Below, one piece after another: positions 35,489 to 43,309 of a stretch of 63,603 bases of DNA. The notes beneath the pieces are model-generated. The model did not search any database. It was given only the letters and a program-made list of their open reading frames with translations, and was not told where the DNA came from. The stretch spans positions 1-63,603 of the forward strand of contig JAWBMQ010000003.1 in NCBI GenBank assembly GCA_038828875.1, written 5' to 3'. Source of the DNA: Candidatus Woesearchaeota archaeon (GTDB lineage: Archaea > Nanobdellota > Nanobdellia > Woesearchaeales > JAWBMQ01). The stretch's first letter is position 1. The number at the start of each line of letters is the position of its first letter. Made by a program: the position numbers and the translations under genes.

Positions 35489-36037
35489 ATGCTTGAAAAC
35501 GTAAAAAAAGACATAATTAATGTACTAAATGAAACAATAGATGCAATAAAACAAGAAAAATATTTTCTTTTAAAGGAGATTAGCGATCATACAATACACA
35601 ATTCTACAATTATTCAAGATCCAGATAGTATAAACACAGCAATCCTTGTTTATTCTCTTTATAAAATATTCAAAAATAAACAAAATGAAAGAACAATAAA
35701 AAAAATTTTAGAAGAATTGAAAGCTGCTAGAGATGCACTTATAAATGATGATTTAGCTAAATTTAATCAATCTTACAAAAACATATTTCATGCTTTTGAG
35801 TTAAATAAAGATTTGAAAGAAAACATACAATACGTTATAAATGAAGCAAAAATAAAGAAAGGAAGCAAAATTATTTACCATGGATTATCGATAAGCAGAG
35901 CCTCTGAACTTTTAGGTATTTCACAATGGGAACTTATGAAGTATTTGGGAAATGTTAATATGTTCGATAATTTTAATCAAAAAATATCACCAATTACAAG
36001 ATTGAATAATCTAAAAAAAGAAATTGAAAAAAAATGA
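35489..36037 (+). CDS. Hypothetical protein with C-terminal HTH-like segment
   Basis: 182 aa with GLSISRASELLGISQWELMKYLG near the C-terminus. ATGA overlap with the Pop5 gene. Confidence 0.45.
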   Translation: MLENVKKDIINVLNETIDAIKQEKYFLLKEISDHTIHNSTIIQDPDSINTAILVYSLYKIFKNKQNERTIKKILEELKAARDALINDDLAKFNQSYKNIFHAFELNKDLKENIQYVINEAKIKKGSKIIYHGLSISRASELLGISQWELMKYLGNVNMFDNFNQKISPITRLNNLKKEIEKK

Positions 36038-36336
36038 AACCCTTAAAACCTACATTAAGAGAGAAAAATAGATATGTTTTTTGCATTTCTACGAATAAAG
36101 AATTTAAAAAGCAAATACATGAAAAATACAAGGAACTTTATGGAAAAGTAAATTATAGCCTTGCAGGAATAAAAATTCTTGAATTTTTTGAAGAAAAAGA
36201 TCAAATAAAATGCATCATAAAAGTAAAAAGAGAACATCTTAAAGAATTGTTAGGATGCTTTATTTTTCTAAATACTCGAGCACTAATTGTTTCAGGAACA
36301 TTAAAATCTTTAAAAGAAAAAATCAACAAATTGTAA
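36034..36336 (+). CDS. rnp2: RNase P protein component 2 (Pop5)
   Basis: MKPLKPTLREKNRYVFC at the N-terminus and VSGTLKSLKEK at the C-terminus match the Pop5 pattern. Confidence 0.75.
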   Translation: MKPLKPTLREKNRYVFCISTNKEFKKQIHEKYKELYGKVNYSLAGIKILEFFEEKDQIKCIIKVKREHLKELLGCFIFLNTRALIVSGTLKSLKEKINKL

Positions 36337-36340
36337 ATTT

Positions 36341-37240
36341 TTAACTCTGATTTCTATTGATGTATTCATTCATTATTAAGATCTTTAAAAAATATATTAG
36401 TTCATCCATGGTTGATATCTTTGAAAAATATTGAACAAAAGGAGTATTTTTGAAAGATTCAAAAAGTTTATTTTTTATTTCACTAAAATTAAAATCATCA
36501 ATTAAGTTTATCAAATCATAGTATAGTTTTTCGAAAGAATTGTAAGATTTATTAGAAAATGAAATTTGAATGCTTGGATCATAGATTATCAAAAACTTTA
36601 ACATTTGTCTTAAGGTTTGTTCATCAACACCAAATTTTTTCATATAATCATGCAATTCAGCAAATTTTTCTTGGGAATATTTCAAAAAAAGCATCTCCCT
36701 TTTTGCAGTATCGCCTATTAGTTTATTTCCTTCAGGAAGATTAATTGAAGGCACTTGCTGGGTTTCTTCTGCTTTGACTTCATTTTCTTTTCCTGTTATA
36801 GAATCTTGAATAAGAATTGTTTCTTGTTTTTTAATATTTCTAAGGTTTAATGTTTTAACATTTGATTCATTTGTTAACGTTTCATTTTTCTTTACAAAAG
36901 GATTATATAGATTGGTTATTGCTTCATATAAACTTATGTATTTACTTAAATTTGCTTCTATTTTAGAAAATTTTTCTTCAATCTCTGTTTTTTTATCTTT
37001 TTCTTGCTTTAATTGCTGTTGTAATTCATCTATGTTGTTTTTTAAAGTTTTGACTTGAGTTTCTAGTTCTTTCAATTTATTGTTCAATTTATCATGAAGA
37101 AGAACAACATTTTTTATTTCATCTACCAAAACACTCATAACTCTTTCAATTTTTTCAATTCTTTTGTTATCTTCAATTACTGTTTGATCATTAACTTCAA
37201 ATTCTTCCTTATTTGCTTTTGACAGAAAATTAGAAATCAT
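36341..37240 (-). CDS. Coiled-coil protein, FlaC/D/E-like archaellum accessory candidate
   Basis: Starts 2 nt after the archaellin stop. A long heptad coiled coil ends in SLYEAITNLYNPFV, which resembles the FlaC/FlaD/E 'LYE..s...NPF' motif as I recall it. The C-terminal half is of unknown family. Confidence 0.5.
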   Translation of the reverse strand: MISNFLSKANKEEFEVNDQTVIEDNKRIEKIERVMSVLVDEIKNVVLLHDKLNNKLKELETQVKTLKNNIDELQQQLKQEKDKKTEIEEKFSKIEANLSKYISLYEAITNLYNPFVKKNETLTNESNVKTLNLRNIKKQETILIQDSITGKENEVKAEETQQVPSINLPEGNKLIGDTAKREMLFLKYSQEKFAELHDYMKKFGVDEQTLRQMLKFLIIYDPSIQISFSNKSYNSFEKLYYDLINLIDDFNFSEIKNKLFESFKNTPFVQYFSKISTMDELIYFLKILIMNEYINRNQS

Positions 37241-37242
37241 GT

Positions 37243-38205
37243 TTATCTTGGATAAAGCAAAGTAGTTGCTTCTACTAGAACATCAGGAGTACTTAAATAT
37301 AATTCTGTTTCTTGTCCACGCTTAGGAATAAACTTAAATCCAAATTCTTCATCAGGACCAATAGGTTGAGATTCTTTCAATTTATATCTAATTACAAATA
37401 ATTCACCACTTTCAAGAATGATATCTTGATTTTTACCTAATTTTATATCAATACAATAATATCTTTCAGGAATTAGATTTTCAAAAGTACATTTTTGATG
37501 CTCAGCAGATCTTGGAAATTCACTTATTCTAGCATCAAGTCCCTTAAAGGTATTATCTTCAGTAACTGTTCCTTTTATTTGTAAAAAACCCCAAATATCT
37601 TCGCTTAATGTATCATATAACGCTAAATCTTCAATTTCTATTTGATTACCGTTAGTGAAATTATAGGAAGTTAAATCTACAGAAATTGTTCTTCTTTGAG
37701 CAGTAAGTTTCAATAAGAGTAATAAATTTCCATTCGTATCATTACTTAATCTTACTTCCTCAGGAACTCCGTCTTGATCAATATCTCCGACTTGTTTCCA
37801 ATTTTGATCATCAACAGAAAGATCAGAAATATTAAAGGATGGATTATCATAAAAACTTTCAAGAGTAATGTGTTGTGGTTTAGCAGAAATAAAAGAATTT
37901 CTTGTAAAGAAAGTATAACCCGTAGTAGCAAAATCTACAGGATAGGATCCTGCCATCAAACGAACCATAATTTCAAATTTATTAGTATTATGTGCTGTTT
38001 GATTTACTTTAGCAACAACATTAGAAACTTCTATTGCACTCAATATTCTTTGTCTTGCTTCTGCACCCACTGCAAAAGCTCTTTGCTGCAATACTCCTGC
38101 AGTTCTTAAAATGACACCTGCAGCGATAGCAGCAACAAGAATCATAGCAATGAAAACAATTAAGGTTCCTATTCCTACATCTCCTTTCTTAAGCATATAT
38201 TTCAT
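37243..38205 (-). CDS. Archaellin (flagellin FlaB/ArlB family)
   Basis: The leader MKYMLKKG is followed by DVGIGTLIVFIAMILVAAIAAGVILRTAGVLQQRAFAVG. AGGTG lies 6 nt upstream of ATG 38205. The ORF-track start is a GTG at 38214. Confidence 0.75.
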   Translation of the reverse strand: MKYMLKKGDVGIGTLIVFIAMILVAAIAAGVILRTAGVLQQRAFAVGAEARQRILSAIEVSNVVAKVNQTAHNTNKFEIMVRLMAGSYPVDFATTGYTFFTRNSFISAKPQHITLESFYDNPSFNISDLSVDDQNWKQVGDIDQDGVPEEVRLSNDTNGNLLLLLKLTAQRRTISVDLTSYNFTNGNQIEIEDLALYDTLSEDIWGFLQIKGTVTEDNTFKGLDARISEFPRSAEHQKCTFENLIPERYYCIDIKLGKNQDIILESGELFVIRYKLKESQPIGPDEEFGFKFIPKRGQETELYLSTPDVLVEATTLLYPR

Positions 38206-38362
38206 ATGATACACCTTTGATCATATATAATTGAAACTATATAATACCAACCATTTAAAATGTTTAAAAATAATTTATTTTGTAATATATAAATTTTTCT
38301 ATAATTGTGAAAATTATTACCAAAATCAAATAGATAGTAAAACAAAAGAAATATTCAAAAAA

Positions 38363-38370
38363 TTTATAAA
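38363..38370 (+). promoter_or_regulatory. Putative TATA box for ftsZ (leadered mRNA)
   Basis: TTTATAAA lies about 77 nt upstream of ATG 38447. SD GAGGGG is at 38433-38438. GAAATATTCA (38348-38357) lies just upstream of the box. Confidence 0.4.
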
Positions 38371-38446
38371 TTGTAGTGTGTTTTAATGGAGCACTAAATA
38401 TTGAAGCTATGCTAATAATTAAGTTTAACTTTGAGGGGTTATAAAA

Positions 38447-39493
38447 ATGGTAGATGAAATATTAAAAGAAGTAATAAGATCAGTAAAAATCAAAGTTATA
38501 GGTGCTGGTGGTGGAGGAAATAATACTATTCAAAGATTAAAAGATCAAGAAATAGATAATGTTGAACTTATTGCAGCTAATACTGATGCTCAAGTTCTTC
38601 TTCATATTAATGCAAATAAAAAAATATTACTTGGAAAGGAATTGACTAGAGGACTTGGTGCAGGTGCTGATCCTACTGTAGGAGAAAAAGCTGCAGAAGA
38701 AAGTGCTCAAGAAATTAGAAAAGTATTAGAAGGTAGTGATATTGTATTCATTACATGTGGTTTAGGAGGCGGTACTGGTACTGGAAGTGCACCCGTAATT
38801 GCTAGAATTGCCAAAGAATTAGGTGCCTTAACTGTTGCAGTAGTTACATTACCATTCCAAATGGAAGGTAAAAAAAGAATGAGAAACGCATTGGACGGAT
38901 TAAAAAAATTAAAAGATAACGTAGATTCTATATTAGTTATACCTAATGATAAATTGCTTGAATTAAGTCCACAATTATCTTTAAATGCAGCATTCAAAGT
39001 TGCTGATGAAATCATAACCAATACAATAAAATATACTGTTGAACTAGTAAGTAGACCTGGATTAATTAACGTTGATTTAGCTGATATGAGAACTGTATTA
39101 AAAGAAAAAGGATATGCTATGATTGGATTTGGTGAAAGCGATTCTAAAAATAGAGCAGAAGAAGCAGTACAAAATGCATTACACAATCCTTTACTTGACA
39201 TAGACATCCAAAATGCAAAATCAGCACTTATTAATGTTGTAGGCGGAAAAGATCTTTCTCTTGGTGAAGCAGCTCAAGTAGGTAATGCAGTATCTGAATA
39301 TTTAGATGAAGATGCTACTGTAATTTGGGGAGCAATGGTCGATGAAAATTTAGAAAAAACATTAAAAGTATTAATAATTGTAGGTGGAATTCAAGAAGAT
39401 TTAATTGATAAATATGAATCTATCTATCTTCTAGGACAAAAACCAAAACCAAGAAAAAAAGATGAAGATATTGATATAGAATTTATTGATTAA
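38447..39493 (+). CDS. ftsZ: Cell division protein FtsZ
   Basis: GAGGGGNN, the tubulin signature GLGGGTGTGSAPVIA, and NTDAQ. Confidence 0.95.
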   Translation: MVDEILKEVIRSVKIKVIGAGGGGNNTIQRLKDQEIDNVELIAANTDAQVLLHINANKKILLGKELTRGLGAGADPTVGEKAAEESAQEIRKVLEGSDIVFITCGLGGGTGTGSAPVIARIAKELGALTVAVVTLPFQMEGKKRMRNALDGLKKLKDNVDSILVIPNDKLLELSPQLSLNAAFKVADEIITNTIKYTVELVSRPGLINVDLADMRTVLKEKGYAMIGFGESDSKNRAEEAVQNALHNPLLDIDIQNAKSALINVVGGKDLSLGEAAQVGNAVSEYLDEDATVIWGAMVDENLEKTLKVLIIVGGIQEDLIDKYESIYLLGQKPKPRKKDEDIDIEFID

Positions 39494-39548
39494 ATTTTTA
39501 AATTTTTATTATTTCTTTTCTTTTAGGATTAAGTAGATTTTTTATTAT

Positions 39549-39621
39549 AGCCCCGTGGTGTAGAGGCCAAGCATGGGAGGCTCTGGACCTCCAGACTCCG
39601 GTTCGAATCCGGACGGGGCTA
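39549..39621 (+). tRNA. tRNA-Gln (anticodon CUG)
   Basis: Acceptor AGCCCCG/CGGGGCT, anticodon stem GGAGG/CCTCC, loop CTCTGGA, T arm TCCGG-TTCGAAT-CCGGA. No encoded CCA. Confidence 0.9.
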
Positions 39622-39627
39622 TTGACA

Positions 39628-40434
39628 ATGAAAATCAACATATTAAAAGCTAAGGTTAGTAAAGGAGCATTAAGTAAATCATCTAATGGATTATTAAATG
39701 CTCCTGATGAAATAGAAAAAGAGATTTATGAAAACATTTTTGGTTCTATTTATTTGAAAAACCCAAGTATTTCTTTTAATTTTTATGAAGTAAATGAAAA
39801 TGATACTATTGATAAAACTTTAAATTTGGTTGAAGAAGAAATTATAAAAAAAGATATTGATGCAACAATAGGAGGAAATCACGTAATAAGCTATGCTACG
39901 ATAAAATCTTTTAAGAAAAAATATCCGCATGGAAAAGTAATTATATTTGATGCTCATCCAGACGTAGAAAGCGATTTTTTTATAAGTCATGAAGATTATT
40001 TGAGAATTTTGATTAATGAAAAAATATTAAAAAATAAGGATGTTATTTTAATTGGTTTAAGAAATGCATCAAACGATGAATTAAAATTTTTAAAAAGTAA
40101 AAAAATAAAATATTTTAGCGCAAAAGATGTATATTTCAATGAAAAAAAAGTGATAAACTTTTTGAGCAAATTAAAAGATCCTTGCTTTATTTCTATTGAT
40201 ATAGATGTCTTTGATCCTTGCTTTGCACCTGGAACAGGATACGTTGAAAATTTTGGAATTTCTCCTTTTCAATTTTTAAAAATTATAGAAAGTTTAGAAA
40301 AAATAAAAATGTTTGATATCGTTGAAATTAATAGCGAAAAAGATATTAACAAAATAACTATTAATTTAGCTTCAAGAATAATTTATGAATTATCCATAAA
40401 AATTAAAAAAAACAAAAAAGAAAATTTTAAATAA
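39628..40434 (+). CDS. Ureohydrolase (arginase/agmatinase family)
   Basis: Metal-ligand motifs GGNHVIS, FDAHPD, SIDIDVFDP and DIVEINSEKD. ATG 39628 is taken as the start (ORF-track TTG at 39622). Confidence 0.75.
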   Translation: MKINILKAKVSKGALSKSSNGLLNAPDEIEKEIYENIFGSIYLKNPSISFNFYEVNENDTIDKTLNLVEEEIIKKDIDATIGGNHVISYATIKSFKKKYPHGKVIIFDAHPDVESDFFISHEDYLRILINEKILKNKDVILIGLRNASNDELKFLKSKKIKYFSAKDVYFNEKKVINFLSKLKDPCFISIDIDVFDPCFAPGTGYVENFGISPFQFLKIIESLEKIKMFDIVEINSEKDINKITINLASRIIYELSIKIKKNKKENFK

Positions 40435-40458
40435 AAGTTAAAATTTTTTAGTTTAATT

Positions 40459-40531
40459 GCGCGGGTGGCCCAGCGGCAACGGCGGTCGGCTGCAGACCGA
40501 TTTACCGGGGGTTCGAGTCCCCCTCCGCGCT
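40459..40531 (+). tRNA. tRNA-Cys (anticodon GCA)
   Basis: Acceptor GCGCGGG/TCCGCGC, anticodon stem GTCGG/CCGAT, loop CTGCAGA, T arm GGGGG-TTCGAGT-CCCCC, discriminator U. Confidence 0.9.
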
Positions 40532-40595
40532 AATTTTGCTTTCTTACAAAAATAACCTAAAATTTTAAATATAAGTTATTATCTCAATGCTTCAG

Positions 40596-40694
40596 GGGTC
40601 CGTAGCTTAGTGGTAGAGCGTCGGCCTTATAAGGCCACTCTACATTCACGCCTAAGACAGCCGAAGGTCAGGGGTTCGATCCCCCTCGGACCCA
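40596..40694 (+). tRNA. tRNA-Ile (anticodon UAU) with a 27-nt intron at position 37/38
   Basis: Acceptor GGGTCCG/CGGACCC, D arm GCTT-AGTGGTA-GAGC, anticodon stem TCGGC/GCCGA, loop C-T-TAT-A-[intron]-A, T arm AGGGG-TTCGATC-CCCCT. TTTTAAATA lies about 30 nt upstream. Confidence 0.85.
40632..40658 (+). other. tRNA intron with bulge-helix-bulge splice motif
   Basis: A 4-bp central helix pairs CTTA (loop nt 32-35) with TAAG (intron 3' part). It is flanked by 3-nt bulges TA^A and AC^A. The outer helix is GGC/GCC. Confidence 0.75.
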
Positions 40695-40727
40695 CTTTTA
40701 CTCATTTTTAATGATGAGGGGAAATCT

Positions 40728-42458
40728 ATGGAAAAAAATAAAAAAATAAGTTTAAAAAATAGAAAAAAAATTGTTTCTAGGTATGGAAAAGCACATCATA
40801 AAGAAGTAAAAAGTAAAAAAGAACCTAAATTTTCAATAAAAACAAACAACATATTAATTATTTCAATAATATTGGGTGCTGTTTTTTTGATTGTTGCTTT
40901 GATTTTTTTACTTCCTAATATAAATTCAAAATTAAATAATCAGCCCGCAAAAACAGATTCTTCAGTAAATGAATTAAAATCAGATAAATTGTTCATTTAT
41001 GTTTTTGGTGATTTTGAATGTCCATATACTAAAAGAATAGCAGATACTTATGAAAAAATTTTGAATGAATACAAAGATAGGGTCCAAATTTTTTACAAAC
41101 ATTTGCCTTTATCTTTTCATCCAAATGCAATGAATGCAGCAATTGCAGCTGAATGCGCTAAAAAGATAGATAAGGAAAAATATGACCAATACAATATAAA
41201 GCTGTTAAGAGAAAATGCTTTGAATAGAGAAACTTATGTAAAAATTGCTAGAGAATTAAGCATTAATGAAGCAGAATTTACAAAATGCATAGACAGTTCT
41301 GAAACAAAAGCTATTGTTGAAAAAGATGTTGAATTAGCATCTAGCTTAGGAATTTCTGGAACACCTACTTGGATTATTGGAGAAAACATCATTCCTGGAG
41401 CTGTGCCTTATGACAGCTTGAAAAATGTTGTTGATGATACTTTAAAGCAATTTAATGGAACAAATGTAGACATAACTAATAATGAAAAAGTTAAAGGAAT
41501 TATATTGTATGCACAAGATTGTGAAGAATGTCAAAATGATATGTTGATTCCTTCAATTAAGCAAGGATTTAGCTTTGCTGAATTTGAAGTTTATGAAATT
41601 AACGATGCTAAAGCAAAAGAGATTATAAAACAACTAAAACTTGAGTTTGTTCCTGTTATTTTAGTAAGCACTAAAGTAGAAAATTCATTTTTTTGGAAAT
41701 CTAATAAAGACCAAATGAGCATGTATTTTGAAAAAATTGGAGAATGGTATAGATTTAAATTTGAAAATACTGGATTAGAAGTATATTATCTAGATGAAAA
41801 GAAAAGAATTCAACTTGAAGAAGAGAAGAAAGCATTGTTCAACTTAGATCCTAATAAACCACAAATTGATTTCTTTATTATGAGTTTCTGCCCATACGGA
41901 AATCAAGCAGAAGAAGCAATTGCAGAAGCCTATTTAGCATTGAAAGATTATGCAAAGTTTATTCCTCATTACATTTACTATCCTCAACCATCAGGAACAA
42001 ATGATAGATGCTTATTAGATTCAGAAAAGAACATTTATTACTGCGCATTACATGGAATCAAAGAATTAGAGCAAGATGTAAGAGAACTTTGTGTTTACAA
42101 CATCTACAAAGAAGAAAAATATTTTGAATTTGTAAAAACAATAAATAAAGATTGTTCTATAAGCAACATTGATAGCTGTTGGAAAACAGTTGCTGATAAA
42201 TTAAAATTAGATACTTCAAAGATAGAGGATTGTTACAATCAAAACAAGCTAAACTACGTAAGAGCTCAGGTAGAGAAAACTGAAAAACTTCAAGTCTCTG
42301 GAAGTCCAACTGTATTTGTAAATGGTAAAAAATACAATGGAGCAAGAACTCCAGAAGCATATAAGCAAGCACTTTGCAACGAAATGAAAGATAAACCAAG
42401 TGCCTGTAATATACAATTATCAGGAACTCAACAACAAGTAACAGGATCTTGCGGATAA
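40728..42458 (+). CDS. Membrane-anchored protein with two DsbA/thioredoxin-fold domains carrying monothiol motifs
   Basis: N-terminal TM (ILIISIILGAVFLIVALIFLL). Domain 1 has FGDFECPYT...GISGTPTW. The C-terminal domain has MSFCPYG...VSGSPTVFVNG. SD GAGGGG lies upstream. Confidence 0.6.
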   Translation: MEKNKKISLKNRKKIVSRYGKAHHKEVKSKKEPKFSIKTNNILIISIILGAVFLIVALIFLLPNINSKLNNQPAKTDSSVNELKSDKLFIYVFGDFECPYTKRIADTYEKILNEYKDRVQIFYKHLPLSFHPNAMNAAIAAECAKKIDKEKYDQYNIKLLRENALNRETYVKIARELSINEAEFTKCIDSSETKAIVEKDVELASSLGISGTPTWIIGENIIPGAVPYDSLKNVVDDTLKQFNGTNVDITNNEKVKGIILYAQDCEECQNDMLIPSIKQGFSFAEFEVYEINDAKAKEIIKQLKLEFVPVILVSTKVENSFFWKSNKDQMSMYFEKIGEWYRFKFENTGLEVYYLDEKKRIQLEEEKKALFNLDPNKPQIDFFIMSFCPYGNQAEEAIAEAYLALKDYAKFIPHYIYYPQPSGTNDRCLLDSEKNIYYCALHGIKELEQDVRELCVYNIYKEEKYFEFVKTINKDCSISNIDSCWKTVADKLKLDTSKIEDCYNQNKLNYVRAQVEKTEKLQVSGSPTVFVNGKKYNGARTPEAYKQALCNEMKDKPSACNIQLSGTQQQVTGSCG

Positions 42459-42584
42459 AACTTTTAAAATTTTTATCTTTTTTTCTTTTTAAAATCTAAT
42501 TACTAAAAAGTTCATAAAAATAGCAAAATTTAAAAATAATGAAGGTTATTTTCTTAGTACTGTGTAGTCATAGGGGGTTTAACA

Positions 42585-43301
42585 TTGAACTGTAGTAATT
42601 ATAAAATTAATAGATTATTTAAGAATTTTATTTACTTTGGAGTTATTTTAACCTTTATGCTTAGTTTCTATTCTGGTTTTTCTTTTCAAAGATTTTCTAA
42701 TTATGTTACAAAATTAAAGATCGATAATAATGAAATCACAATAAACAAAGAAATTGAAATTGAAAACTATGGGCAAGTTGGTATTGTCCCTGGTGAAATG
42801 ATTTTTAGAATATTAAATGTAAAGGAAAGCGATATTATAAATATAAGTGCTAAAGATGAATTTGGTAATACTTTTCCTGTAAAAATAAATCCATCGGACG
42901 ATTTTGTAGAAGTGGTAGTTGAAAATTATATTCCTATTTTTGCACAATCTAAACAAAAAGTCTTTATAGATTATACAATAAAATCAAATTTAAAAGGTTT
43001 ACTCTTTTATAGTTTTGAATATCCTTTAATGGATACTTCAATTCCAATACAAAATGGAAAAATAATAATTATTCCTGGAAAAAATCTTCATTTAACTTAT
43101 GCCCCTGAAGCAAAATGTGAAAAAAATGAATGCTTCTTTGAAATAAAAAATCAAAAGAACAAGATGGTAGAATTTGAATTATCAAGAATTCCGTTACCTA
43201 AACTAAAAGTTAAAGCGTATTACGTTTTCTGGTATGGTATAATTGCAATGCTATTATTGATTTCGATTTTACAACTTATCATAAGAAAAGTTTTAAAATA
43301 A
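42585..43301 (+). CDS. Hypothetical bitopic envelope protein (N- and C-terminal TM)
   Basis: TTG start with AGGGGGT 7 nt upstream. The ectodomain is beta-rich and the C-terminal TM is YYVFWYGIIAMLLLISILQLII. Confidence 0.5.
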   Translation: MNCSNYKINRLFKNFIYFGVILTFMLSFYSGFSFQRFSNYVTKLKIDNNEITINKEIEIENYGQVGIVPGEMIFRILNVKESDIINISAKDEFGNTFPVKINPSDDFVEVVVENYIPIFAQSKQKVFIDYTIKSNLKGLLFYSFEYPLMDTSIPIQNGKIIIIPGKNLHLTYAPEAKCEKNECFFEIKNQKNKMVEFELSRIPLPKLKVKAYYVFWYGIIAMLLLISILQLIIRKVLK

Positions 43302-43309
43302 TTTCAAAA

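Noticed and set aside
36559-38109. Plus-strand ORFs at 36559-36744 and 37774-38109, antisense to the FlaC-like and archaellin genes.
   Set aside because: There are no start-context signals and no recognisable domains, and each is fully embedded in a better-supported gene.
40621-40664. An alternative fold of the tRNA anticodon region using the GGCC-TTATAA-GGCC hairpin, with no intron.
   Set aside because: It gives a 4-bp stem with a 6-nt loop and leaves about 25 unpaired nt before the T arm. The intron model restores a canonical 5-bp stem, a 7-nt loop and a BHB motif.
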